Positions 43,372-52,870 of a DNA stretch of 58,451 nt are shown here, in pieces. Source of the DNA: Acidobacteriota bacterium (GTDB lineage Bacteria > Acidobacteriota > Thermoanaerobaculia > Multivoradales > JAHEKO01); NCBI GenBank assembly GCA_022561975.1, contig JADFQD010000004.1, positions 1 through 58,451 of the forward strand, in the 5' to 3' direction. Each line of letters starts with the position of its first letter. The first letter of the stretch is position 1. The position numbers were made by a program, and so were the translations under genes. Below the pieces are notes generated by a model that saw nothing but the letters and a program-made list of their open reading frames with translations, was not told where the DNA came from and searched no databases.

Positions 43372-44430
43372 TCACCCGACGAGGTGCGACCAACCTCGGT
43401 AGGCCGAGATGTGGTCGGGAACGTTGTGCACGCGGAGGATATCGATGGCGCCCTCGCAGAGCCGTAGCGAGGCCCCAATCGTAGCCAGGTCTTGGTCACG
43501 AACGCCGGATGTGAACCCCTTCATGAACGACTTGCGCGAGTGACCGATGAGCGTACGCAGTCCGTGTCGCCGGAAGCGCCCGGCATGGCGAAGCAGCTCG
43601 AGCGACTGAAGCGGGTTCTTGCCGAAACCGATGCCGGGATCGACGATGAGCCGGTTGAGATCCAGACCGGCGGACTCCCAGGCCACGAGCCGCTCTTCCA
43701 GCCATTTTTCGACCTCGTCCACCGGGTCGCAATCGGGCGGCAACGTGACCTTGGGATCCACGGGCAGCGTCAACTGGTGCAGGGCGACCCAGTCTGCGCC
43801 GCTCGACCTGGCGAGGTCGATCATTCGAGACGACGTGAGCCCGCTGACGTCGTTGACGATGTCGATGCCAAGCTCGAGGGCTCGCTCGGCGACTTCCGGG
43901 TGGTAGGTATCGACGCTGACCAGGGGACGCACCAGAGCTTGCGAGGAGTTACCGTACTTGGCGACCAAAGGCTCGAGGACGGGAGCGAGTCGTGACCATT
44001 CGACCTCGGGTCCGATCGGTTGCGCGCCGGGGCGTGTGGACTCGGCACCGACGTCGATGATCTGGGCTCCGGCTCTGACCATCTCTTCGACCTGCGGCTC
44101 GACCCGGTTCCAGTCCGTATGAAGGCCGCCATCCGAAAACGAGTCCGGCGTCACGTTGACAATGCCCATCCAGAGCGGAATGTGATGCCGTAGCTCGGTG
44201 GACCAGTCGAGCAGCGTCTTCGGACCCCGACCGGGAATCGTCAGCCGTGGCTGGAGAGAGATCAGGGGCGTTAGAACGAAACCGCGCAGGTGGAGGTCAC
44301 GGTGGGGGATCGTCAGTTCCGGCGTCAAGATGATCTCGTCGCCCCAGAGCAGGATGTCGATGTCGATAGGCCGGGGCGACCAGCGCTGTCCTTCTTCGGC
44401 TCGGGCGGCTCGCCCACGAGACCCTTCCAT
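43372..44430 (-). CDS. folP: Dihydropteroate synthase fused to the C-terminal half only of HPPK (truncated folK-folP)
   Basis: DHPS motifs NVTPDSFSDGG, GAESTRPGA, NDVSG, DPGIGFGK, HSRKSF and RVHNV; HPPK remnant RWSPRPIDIDIL...PH..L..R.FVL.PL. Start uncertain. Confidence 0.85.
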   Translation of the reverse strand: MEGSRGRAARAEEGQRWSPRPIDIDILLWGDEIILTPELTIPHRDLHLRGFVLTPLISLQPRLTIPGRGPKTLLDWSTELRHHIPLWMGIVNVTPDSFSDGGLHTDWNRVEPQVEEMVRAGAQIIDVGAESTRPGAQPIGPEVEWSRLAPVLEPLVAKYGNSSQALVRPLVSVDTYHPEVAERALELGIDIVNDVSGLTSSRMIDLARSSGADWVALHQLTLPVDPKVTLPPDCDPVDEVEKWLEERLVAWESAGLDLNRLIVDPGIGFGKNPLQSLELLRHAGRFRRHGLRTLIGHSRKSFMKGFTSGVRDQDLATIGASLRLCEGAIDILRVHNVPDHISAYRGWSHLVG

Positions 44431-44462
44431 GGATGACTTCCCTGGATGGGCAAAAGCACCGC

Positions 44463-44491
44463 TTGACAGAAATGAGGGTCGGCACGAGAAT
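44463..44491 (+). promoter_or_regulatory. Sigma70-type promoter TTGACA-N17-GAGAAT
   Basis: Consensus -35 at 44463-44468 with 17-nt spacing, upstream of a GGAGG RBS and the ATG at 44515. Confidence 0.55.
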
Positions 44492-44514
44492 GGGACCCAT
44501 CGACGGAGGGAATC

Positions 44515-45015
44515 ATGAAATCCAAGTATTTGCCCATGATGGCTACGGTCCTTCTCGGCTTCGGCTGCGCACCGCCGGTGGAGGAGCCAACGGCCGCAGC
44601 TCCAGCGGTGGATTTGGAAGCGACGCGGGACGCGCTGATGGCGGCAGACAAGGCGTGGTCCGAGTCGGTCGGTGAGACGGACGAATTCCTCTCGTACATC
44701 GCGGACGACGCTCACTTTATGCCCTTCGGCGCTCCCCTCGCCCGGGGTGACGCGATTCGCACGACCTGGGAACACCTCGTTTCGATGCCCGGTTTCGCCC
44801 TCGAGTGGGAGGCGACGGGTGCCGACGTCGCGGAGTCCGGCGAACTCGGTTACACCCTCGGCACGTTCGAGCTCACTAGCGAGCAGGACGGGGCCTCCAT
44901 GGTGACCGTTGGCAAGTATGTGACCGTCTGGAGCAAGCAGGCCGATGGCTCCTGGAAAGTTCAGGTCGATTGCTTCAACGCCGACGGACCTCCGATGGCC
45001 GCCGAAGAATCGTAA
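44515..45015 (+). CDS. DUF4440/SnoaL-like (NTF2-fold) lipoprotein
   Basis: Lipobox GFGC; G.DAIR..W, SGELGYTLG and GKYVTVWSKQADGSWK motifs. Confidence 0.85.
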   Translation: MKSKYLPMMATVLLGFGCAPPVEEPTAAAPAVDLEATRDALMAADKAWSESVGETDEFLSYIADDAHFMPFGAPLARGDAIRTTWEHLVSMPGFALEWEATGADVAESGELGYTLGTFELTSEQDGASMVTVGKYVTVWSKQADGSWKVQVDCFNADGPPMAAEES

Positions 45016-45195
45016 GCGGGTGTATCTCGTCGCCGGGCTGACGTAAGCAGCACAAAAGAGGTGTCAGCCTGGACCCTATATGGATCCTTGTTAATTCCTG
45101 CGAACACCACGCTTCCAAAACATGGCATCCGGGGCAGGAGTATGTGCACTGTTCGGGTCAACGTCGAGTAGTAGTTGTTCGGGGACCTGCTTGGG

Positions 45196-47070
45196 TCACC
45201 GAGGCTGTCGTCGGGTTTGAGTTGGCCGGGCCCTCTCACCAGTCTTCGTAGTGAGCCGCGCCGGAATCCAGCCTCGAACCGAGTTGAGCAGCGCCAGCGA
45301 GTCTGCCCGATCGAGATCGTCGAGAGTGAGAACTCTCTCGGTGAGGCGGCCGTGGGCGAGCAGTTCGGCGCGCTGGGTTCCGGCGAGCAGGCCGCAAGCC
45401 ACCGGCGGCGTGACCCAGCGCCCCTCCAATTGTAGTGCGATGTTGGCGACCGTCGCTTCGGTCAGCTCGCCCGCAGGGTTCCACAGCAAAACGTCGTCGG
45501 CATTCGGCGCGCGGCGCCGGAAAGAGTCGTAGACCTCGCGCTCGGTGGTCTTGTGGTAGAGGAACTGACTGTCGGGGTCGATTGGCTCTTGGGCCAACTC
45601 GATCGTCCAGGGGCGGTTTTCCTCATCGATTCGCTCATGCTCGAGTCGGACCGAGCCGGCGCGCGATAGCAGCAACCGGATGCGCTGGATGAGGGGGATC
45701 GGACCGCGCAGGCGTCGTGCGGGGTGCTCGGCCAGGCGCTCCGCCAAGCGTTCCGAAAGCCTGCGGAGTTTGCTGCGCACGTGCGATTCATCGTAATCGA
45801 AGCCGAGAAAGTCGGCCGAGTCCGCCAAGCGGTCCAGATGGCGGCGCAGCAGGTGGTATTCTCCGTTCTCCCACCGCAGGGTTTCGAGCAGGGAAAAGTT
45901 CGGCGGCCCGGGCGCCAGTACGAGGGCCTTGGTGCGACCTTCGAGGTACTCGGCTTCGGGCTCTGAATCCCAGACGATGCCGCCGCCGGTGCCGTATTCG
46001 GCGCAGCCGGCGTCTCGGTCGAGGTGTACCGTCCGGATTGCCACGTTGAACAGCGCCTGGCGATTGGGCCCGACGTACCCGATCGCGCCCGTATAGATAC
46101 CGCGCGGTCGGTCTTCGAGTTCGGCGATGATCTTCATCGTCTCGACCTTTGGAGCTCCGGTGATGGAGGCGCAGGGAAAGAGAGCCGTCATGATCTCGAC
46201 CAGAGAACTGTCGGTGGCGGCTTCGACGGTCGAGGTCATCTGCAGTACGGTGGGATAGGTTTCGACCTCGAAAAGACGAGTCGTTTCGACACTGCCGGGG
46301 CGCGCGATCTTGCCGAGATCGTTACGTACCATGTCCACGATCATCACGTTCTCGGCCCGGTTCTTGGCGGATTCGCGAAGCTCTCGGGAGCGCTCGTCGT
46401 CTTGTGCGCGATAGAGGCCTCGGCGTGAGGTACCTTTCATCGGCCGGCAGACCAACTTGCTGCCGTCGAGACGGAAGAACAACTCCGGTGACAACGAGCA
46501 GATCGCGTGCCCGCTGGCTCCGCTAGCCGCTCCGAATTCGACAAACGCCGCGTAGCGGCTCGGGCTCTTGTCGGCAAGGGCCAGGAAGAAAGTCCACGGG
46601 TTGCCATCGAACGGCGCCTTCAAACGCCAAGTGAAGTTGACCTGGTAGGTATCGCCGAGGGCGATCCGCTCTCGTATCCGATCGACCGAGCTTCGGTGTT
46701 CGTCGAGAGTGAGTGACGGCTCCCACTGCGGGGCCGCGTCTGCCGGACGGGATCCGTCGGGTGGCCGGAGAGGCCGGGGAAGCTCCACGAATTCACAGGT
46801 CTCATAGATTCCGAACCAGAGCAACGGCAGTGCACCCGCCGGACGAGTCACCAGAGCGGCGTCGAAGGCGGATGCCGCCTCGTAGGAGAGAAACCCGGCG
46901 GCGTAGAGGCCCTTCTGAGTCGCCGATTCGATCTCGTCGAGCGCCGGCCGAACCTCGGCCGCGGACTCGGCTCTGAGGGTGCGGACAGGATCTGAAAATC
47001 GGCGCCAACCCTCTTGCCCGCATTGCAGAAAGACCGGGGAGATTCTCGAATCGGACCTGCTCGACGCCAC
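45196..47070 (-). CDS. pabB: Aminodeoxychorismate synthase component I fused to a class IV aminotransferase-like ADC lyase
   Basis: GDTYQVN, SPELFF, PMKGT, KNRAENVMIVDMVRND, SITGAPK and NVAIRT motifs; then LLETLR, HKTT.R, E...AN and GLLAGTQR. Start at GTG 47070. Confidence 0.92.
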   Translation of the reverse strand: MASSRSDSRISPVFLQCGQEGWRRFSDPVRTLRAESAAEVRPALDEIESATQKGLYAAGFLSYEAASAFDAALVTRPAGALPLLWFGIYETCEFVELPRPLRPPDGSRPADAAPQWEPSLTLDEHRSSVDRIRERIALGDTYQVNFTWRLKAPFDGNPWTFFLALADKSPSRYAAFVEFGAASGASGHAICSLSPELFFRLDGSKLVCRPMKGTSRRGLYRAQDDERSRELRESAKNRAENVMIVDMVRNDLGKIARPGSVETTRLFEVETYPTVLQMTSTVEAATDSSLVEIMTALFPCASITGAPKVETMKIIAELEDRPRGIYTGAIGYVGPNRQALFNVAIRTVHLDRDAGCAEYGTGGGIVWDSEPEAEYLEGRTKALVLAPGPPNFSLLETLRWENGEYHLLRRHLDRLADSADFLGFDYDESHVRSKLRRLSERLAERLAEHPARRLRGPIPLIQRIRLLLSRAGSVRLEHERIDEENRPWTIELAQEPIDPDSQFLYHKTTEREVYDSFRRRAPNADDVLLWNPAGELTEATVANIALQLEGRWVTPPVACGLLAGTQRAELLAHGRLTERVLTLDDLDRADSLALLNSVRGWIPARLTTKTGERARPTQTRRQPR

Positions 47071-47116
47071 CGATGGATCATACGTCGCCGCCGCAGTGCT
47101 ACGATTCACGCTCGCA

Positions 47117-48313
47117 ATGAGTCTGAGCGTCCGCACTGTGCTTGCAACAGCCGGTCTCGTCAGTATCGCAGCCAGCGCAGCCAGCGCCGTCGCGGCTACT
47201 TCGTTGTCGACCTCGGCGCCATCCTCGGTGACCGCGGTACCGGGTTCTGAATCCGCGGCTCGTGTCGAGCGTTCGAAGGAGTTTCCTGGAGCGAGCGTCC
47301 AGAGGTCGCAGCCTTTTTACTCCACGTTTTCGATCTGCGCGATCGATCCCGAGACCGGCGAAAGCGGGGCCGCGGTCACGACCCGGGTGCCGTTCGTGGG
47401 TCGGGCGGTGCCCTGGGCGCGAGCCGGTGTCGGCGCCGTGGCGACCCAAGCGTGGACGGTGGTCGAATATGGGAGCGACGGTCTCGATCTGTTGGCCGAG
47501 GGTATGTCGCCTGAGGATGCGCTCGAGAAGCTGCTCGCGGACGACGCCGGTCGCGAATCGAGGCAGATCGGCATGATCGATATGCAGGGCCGGAGCGCCG
47601 CCCACACCGGGTTGAAGAACGGCAACTGGGCGGGCAGCCGGCAGGGAGTGAACTACACCGTCCAGGCCAACATCATGGTCGGGCCGGAAGTCGTCGATGC
47701 GGTAGCCGAGCATCTGGACTCGACCGCGGGCTCCGGCATGCCACTCGCGGAGCGGTTGATCCTGGCGCTCGAAGCGGGCCAGAAAACCGGCGGCGACAAG
47801 CGCTGGGGGCGGCTGCAGTCGGCGGCGATTCGAGTCGCCGATCCAAACAACCCCGGCCGCGGTGGCGACCACTTGAGCGTTTCGATCGACGTCGGCGAAC
47901 ACGCGCATCCCGTCGCGGAGCTCAAGCGGATCTACTACAAGACCCAGGGCGCTCTCGGGCACCGGGAGTTCTCCGAGATCGCGGGCAGCGACGTGGTCGA
48001 GCTCAAGCGGATGCTCCACGCTCTCGGCTACTGGTGCCAGGAGTTCGAAGAGTTCCCGACCGCGCCCGAGTTCGACGCCGACCGAGGCCTTATGCGCACC
48101 GACCCCGACGCTTTTCAGGTGAAGATCGACGAGTACCGCAAACTGGCGAGGGCGTTCGATGACGCGTACGGTATCTACGACGGCGAGGCCATGGACGCGG
48201 TCGACGCGTTTCGCGCGCAGCACGAACTCGACTACAGCGGCAACGCACGCGGACTCGTAGACGCCCGGTTCGTGGCGGCGCTCAAAGACGCTTACTACAC
48301 GCGGCCGCGCTGA
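47117..48313 (+). CDS. DUF1028 (Ntn-hydrolase-like) secreted protein with C-terminal peptidoglycan-binding-like domain
   Basis: TFSICAIDP.TGE.G, GVGAVATQA, RQIG, AAHTG, GGDKR...QSAA and H.HPVAELKRI motifs; C-terminal GSDVVELKRML..LGY. Confidence 0.85.
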   Translation: MSLSVRTVLATAGLVSIAASAASAVAATSLSTSAPSSVTAVPGSESAARVERSKEFPGASVQRSQPFYSTFSICAIDPETGESGAAVTTRVPFVGRAVPWARAGVGAVATQAWTVVEYGSDGLDLLAEGMSPEDALEKLLADDAGRESRQIGMIDMQGRSAAHTGLKNGNWAGSRQGVNYTVQANIMVGPEVVDAVAEHLDSTAGSGMPLAERLILALEAGQKTGGDKRWGRLQSAAIRVADPNNPGRGGDHLSVSIDVGEHAHPVAELKRIYYKTQGALGHREFSEIAGSDVVELKRMLHALGYWCQEFEEFPTAPEFDADRGLMRTDPDAFQVKIDEYRKLARAFDDAYGIYDGEAMDAVDAFRAQHELDYSGNARGLVDARFVAALKDAYYTRPR

Positions 48314-48370
48314 GCCGGCGAACTCGGTGCATCGCGCGAGCGTGGCCTCAGTACCGGATCAGCTACCGGA

Positions 48371-50890
48371 TCAGCCCTCGGTGATCTCGCGCATCTCGTT
48401 CGTCGGAATCGGTCCCGGGACGGTCTGATGTTTCCCCGAAGGCCAGGTAATCTCGATCCGGTCCACCTTCGACGCTGTGCCGAGGCCGAAGTAGAGTGGG
48501 TACGAACTCTGCGAGAGATATCCGGACTTGCCGTCGTGGACCTTGGTGTATGCGTTGTCCCCAGCGAACACCGTGACCCGAGCGCCCAGTCCGTCGCGAT
48601 TGGACTCGGTGCCGATCAGGCGGACCTCGAGAAAGTTGATATCGGCGATCTCGGACAGGTTGCTGATCAGCACCAACGGTTCTGAATTGAAGTCATTGGT
48701 GACGATATCGAGGTCGCCGTCCCGATCGAGGTCGAAGATGACCGAGGACCGGGAGCCGAGCGCGCCCTGGAACTCTACCCAGCCGGCCTGGCCGGCACAG
48801 ATCCGGGGGTACAACATCGGGTGCTTGGTCAGATCCCCCGAGCAATCGAGTTCGAACCAGGGTGTTGTGGTGCGACCGCCTCTTCGGGGCTCGACGCCGA
48901 GAATGAACTCGGCGTCGTGGAATCTCTCGCCACCGTCATTGAGCAGCACCGTGTTGACCCCGTAGCGCCACGGGAAATTCATGCTGCTGGTTAGGAACAC
49001 GTCGTCGAAGCCGTCGGCGTTGAGGTCGCCGACACTGAATCCCCAGGGCCAGTAGTTCTCGCTGCCCATTTTGTCGGAGACGTCCTCAAAGCGGCCCTCG
49101 CCGAGATTCCGGAATAGGGCGTTGCCGAAGATGCTCCTGGCGTCCTCTCCCAGCGCTGCTTGCGACCATTGCATGCGCGACTTCAGCTTCTCGCGCTCCG
49201 GGCCGACCATTTCGCTCATGTCCGAGTGCATGTCGCTCAAGAAGATGTCCATGCGGCCGTCGTTGTCGACGTCGAAAACCTTGATGCTCATGGAGCCCCA
49301 GGGAGTCAGCGGGAAGACCTCACGGCTCTTTCTCTTGAAGTACTCACCTCCCACGTTTTCGAAGTACTCGTCGTTGCCCTGCATGTCGAGAACGTAGAGA
49401 TCGGGGTAGCCATCGGTGTTGAGGTCGATCGGGCTGGCGTCTCCGGTCCAGCTGTCGTCGAGGAGGCGCGCCTGAGCGGTGACGTCCTTAAATCGGTTCT
49501 CCCCCAGGTTCTCGTAGAGGATGCTGCGCTCGGTGCGATCGGCGTGCAGGTGACCGGCAAAGGCGTCTTCGAATCCGATGTGATAGCCACCTCGGCCGCG
49601 ATCGTCGCCGGTGTAGACACCGACGTTGCTCAGGAAGATGTCGAGACGGCCGTCCAGGTTGTAGTCGAAGAAGACGATACCCGAGGAGTGCCCGGAGTAG
49701 TCGACCCCGGCGCTGGCGCTGATGTCCTTGAACCTCCCGGTCCCGTCGTTCTCGAACAGCACGTTGCCATCCCTGACGGTGGTGACCATGAGATCGGGAT
49801 CGCCGTCATTGTCGGTGTCGGCGAACGAGGCCGTCACGCTGATACGCTCGCCCAGCCCGACTCCCGCTTGGCTCGTGATGTCGGCAAAGCGTCCGCCCCC
49901 CAGGTTCTTCCAGAGACCGTTGCGTCCCAGCTGAGTGGTGAAGTAGAGGTCGTACAACCCGTCGCCATCGACGTCCGCGACGGCTATGCCATTGCCGTGA
50001 TCGTAGTGAACACCCTTGTAGCTGATGCCGCCGTCGTCCACCACCCGGTTCAGGAAGGAAATGCCGGACTCCGCGATTCGGTCGCTGAATCGGAACCCAT
50101 GAAACACCCCGATCTCGCCTGCCGCGGCCAGCTGAGCCTGCCTGCGCGGCTCGAGCCAGGCGGGATCGGCAGCGTCGAGCCAGGGCTTCTCGGGAGACGA
50201 CGTGGGGTAGGACACCTTGGGGAGATCTGGTGCGGGCTTCGCTCTGGCCTCCGAGGGCTCCTCGAGCACATCCTCGATGTCGGCCATCAGATCGTGCCAT
50301 CCTGCCGGTTCGAGAACTTCGTAGTGTCCTCGCAGGACGCCATTTCGATCGACCAAGACGAACATTTGGGTATGAGCGATGGGACCAAGAGCGTCTGCGC
50401 CTTCCGCCAATTCCAGCTGGAGTCCGGCCTCGAAAAGCCCGGATAGCTGGTCGCGCGCCCCGGTCAGGAAACGCCAATGGCTATCGTAGGCGTAGGCTGT
50501 CTCTCGAGAAAAGTCGAGCAAACGGTCGGTCGTGTCGCCTTCCGGGTCGGTGGTGAAGGTGACCAGACGAATGTCCTCCCAGCGGGGGTGGTTGAACAGC
50601 TCGTTCTGCAGTCGTGTCATGCGCCTGGTCAGCTCGGCGCAGGTTCCTCTGCAGCGAGTGAAGACGAGATTCGCGATCCACACCCGGCCCCGCAGCTCGC
50701 GAGTGCCATAGGCCGTTCCGGTCTGGTCACGGAGCTCGAAGTCGGGCAACCTGTGAGTGGATTCTGCATCGCCTGTGGCGCTCGCCGAAGAACTCGCCAA
50801 AGAAATCGACAATGCCGCCGAAACAACGAGCAAGGTGAATGTCAGCCGGAGCAATTTCGTGCCGTCGGATCTTTTCTTCATGATAGTCAT
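48371..50890 (-). CDS. SCO-family thioredoxin-fold domain fused to a CRTAC1-like FG-GAP propeller and ASPIC/UnbV domain
   Basis: FTRCRGTC, DPEGDT, WRFLTG and IAHTQMFVLVD (SCO); multiple DxDxDG repeats; GLGARV, GYLSQS...YFGLG and ITWPSG (ASPIC). Confidence 0.88.
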   Translation of the reverse strand: MTIMKKRSDGTKLLRLTFTLLVVSAALSISLASSSASATGDAESTHRLPDFELRDQTGTAYGTRELRGRVWIANLVFTRCRGTCAELTRRMTRLQNELFNHPRWEDIRLVTFTTDPEGDTTDRLLDFSRETAYAYDSHWRFLTGARDQLSGLFEAGLQLELAEGADALGPIAHTQMFVLVDRNGVLRGHYEVLEPAGWHDLMADIEDVLEEPSEARAKPAPDLPKVSYPTSSPEKPWLDAADPAWLEPRRQAQLAAAGEIGVFHGFRFSDRIAESGISFLNRVVDDGGISYKGVHYDHGNGIAVADVDGDGLYDLYFTTQLGRNGLWKNLGGGRFADITSQAGVGLGERISVTASFADTDNDGDPDLMVTTVRDGNVLFENDGTGRFKDISASAGVDYSGHSSGIVFFDYNLDGRLDIFLSNVGVYTGDDRGRGGYHIGFEDAFAGHLHADRTERSILYENLGENRFKDVTAQARLLDDSWTGDASPIDLNTDGYPDLYVLDMQGNDEYFENVGGEYFKRKSREVFPLTPWGSMSIKVFDVDNDGRMDIFLSDMHSDMSEMVGPEREKLKSRMQWSQAALGEDARSIFGNALFRNLGEGRFEDVSDKMGSENYWPWGFSVGDLNADGFDDVFLTSSMNFPWRYGVNTVLLNDGGERFHDAEFILGVEPRRGGRTTTPWFELDCSGDLTKHPMLYPRICAGQAGWVEFQGALGSRSSVIFDLDRDGDLDIVTNDFNSEPLVLISNLSEIADINFLEVRLIGTESNRDGLGARVTVFAGDNAYTKVHDGKSGYLSQSSYPLYFGLGTASKVDRIEITWPSGKHQTVPGPIPTNEMREITEG

Positions 50891-51056
50891 CCTCGATAGG
50901 GAACGTCTCGACGTATCCGCGCGTCTGCAATGATACCCGCGTTCCGTTCGGCGATCCGGCCGGAGTTCCGGCCGGTGATCCGGATGGAGGCTGTGTTAGC
51001 GTCATCGGGGTGACAGGGATTCCTGTCATGAAGTTCCCCAGGGGGGGTCCCAACAA

Positions 51057-52844
51057 ATGATTGCGAGTCGATGTTCCGCAAAGGCACTGTCCTTATTTTT
51101 CTGTGGCAGCCTGCTCGGTGCGGTGACCGTGACCTCGTCCGAGGCCTCGTCTGAGGGTGCTCAGACCGACCAGATCTTCCTGGAGCAGGTCGAGGTCAGC
51201 GTGGTCAACGTCGAGGTTTTCGTTACCGACAAGCGGGGGAATCGGGTTCCCAATCTCACCCAAGAGGACTTTCAGATCTTCGAGGACGGCAAGCCTGTCG
51301 AGATCACCAACTTCTACGTAGTCGAGGGTGGCGGCGTGCGCCCCTCGGAAGTGGGTGATGCCGCCGAGGGGGAGGGCGAGAATCTCGCGCCGATCGAGCC
51401 CAAGCAGCTCCATCTGGTGGTCTACGTCGACGATCGGAACCTCTCGCCGGCCAATCGCAACCGGGCCCTGGCTCTTCTGCAGGACTTCGTGCGCGAGCAG
51501 CTGCGGCCGACGGATCGTATCATGCTGGTGACCTCGGATGGCGGGCTCCTGATCCAGCAGGAAATGACCGCCGACCCGGATCTTCTTGTCGCGGCGTTGC
51601 AGGACATGAGTAAGCGCGGAGGCAAGGGCGCCCTATTGGAACTCGAACGCCGTTCCATTGTGCGGGACATCCAGTTCGTGCAGATGCCGGACGGTGGCAC
51701 CGGCGCTGGGACAGCCTCCAGCCTGGGGGAGGATACGACCGGCGACGAAGCCCTGATCGTTTTGGAGGCGATCCGCAACTTCGCGCAACGTGAGCACAAC
51801 CTGGTGCGGGACACAATCGCCGGGCTGAGGCAGTTCATCGGTTCGCTTTCCGGAGTTCCGGGACGTAAGGCGGTGCTCTATGTGAGCGACGGTCTTTCGA
51901 TGCGGCCCGGTGAGGAACTCTATTACGCCTGGGACAACAAGTTTCGTGAATACGCCAGGGACCTCGGCATTGGTTCCATCACCATGGACGCTACCGAGTT
52001 GCGAACCGACGAATACTTCGAGGAGCTCGTCGATGCGGCCAACGCCAGCGAGGTGACGTTCTATGCCTTGCGTGCCGCCGGTGGCGGCCCGGGCGCGGCG
52101 GTGACGGGAGAGACGCCGGCCTTCGTGGACATGGGCGGCAGTCCGGTCTGGACACCCGCGCTCGACACGATCGCGAGCGCCAACACCGGCAGCCCCCTGC
52201 GATTCATGTCCGACGCGACCGGCGGCTTCGCCCTGGTCAACAGCCGCAACTTCGACGGCATGCTCGATCGCATGCGCGAGGACTTCGACTCCTATTATTC
52301 GCTCGGCTATACCATCGATCACACCGACGATCAACAGATTCACCGCATCCGGGTCGTGGTTCCGGACGAGAAGTGGAACGTGCGGCACCGCGAGCGCTAC
52401 CGCCACAAGACGCGAGAAGAGCGGACCGCGGACCTCACGCTGTCGGCACTGCTGCTCGACATCGAGTCGAATCCCCTGCAGATCGCGGTCGAGTTCGGGG
52501 AGGCCGAACCTGCCGAGAAGCGCGGTCAGATCGTGGTTCCAGTGATCGTGAAGGTGCCGATCGCCAATCTCGTATTGTTGCCCCAAGGTGATTTCCACGT
52601 CGGTCAGATCAAGATCGCGGTGGCGGCAAAGGACGGCGACGGACGCTCTTCGCCAGTGCAGACGATCCAGGTTCCGGTGCGAATCCCCAACGACAAGCTC
52701 TTGACCGCGCTCGGTCAGGTGGCCGGCTACCGGGTCAAGCTGGGATTGCGAAGGGCCAAGGCCACCGTCGCCGTAGGCGTGCACGACTCTCTGGCCAACG
52801 TGGACTCGGCGGTCCGTGTGACCTATGAGCCGCCGGCAAGCTAA
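51057..52844 (+). CDS. Secreted VWA-domain protein, acidobacterial VWFA-related type
   Basis: VNVEVFVTDKRG..V.NLT.EDF.IFEDGKP, GRKAVLYVSDG, ATGG, YYSLGY and RHR..Y motifs. Confidence 0.85.
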   Translation: MIASRCSAKALSLFFCGSLLGAVTVTSSEASSEGAQTDQIFLEQVEVSVVNVEVFVTDKRGNRVPNLTQEDFQIFEDGKPVEITNFYVVEGGGVRPSEVGDAAEGEGENLAPIEPKQLHLVVYVDDRNLSPANRNRALALLQDFVREQLRPTDRIMLVTSDGGLLIQQEMTADPDLLVAALQDMSKRGGKGALLELERRSIVRDIQFVQMPDGGTGAGTASSLGEDTTGDEALIVLEAIRNFAQREHNLVRDTIAGLRQFIGSLSGVPGRKAVLYVSDGLSMRPGEELYYAWDNKFREYARDLGIGSITMDATELRTDEYFEELVDAANASEVTFYALRAAGGGPGAAVTGETPAFVDMGGSPVWTPALDTIASANTGSPLRFMSDATGGFALVNSRNFDGMLDRMREDFDSYYSLGYTIDHTDDQQIHRIRVVVPDEKWNVRHRERYRHKTREERTADLTLSALLLDIESNPLQIAVEFGEAEPAEKRGQIVVPVIVKVPIANLVLLPQGDFHVGQIKIAVAAKDGDGRSSPVQTIQVPVRIPNDKLLTALGQVAGYRVKLGLRRAKATVAVGVHDSLANVDSAVRVTYEPPAS

Positions 52845-52870
52845 TAGTTCTACCACGGGCTGCGAGACTC

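Noticed and set aside
43372-44200. sul-type sulfonamide resistance gene
   Set aside because: DPGIGFGK is the ordinary FolP form, the gene is fused to an HPPK remnant, and no integron or mobile context is visible.
44431-44775. N-terminal extension of the 467-aa folP ORF
   Set aside because: It overlaps the DUF4440 gene and its promoter on the other strand and has no HPPK similarity.
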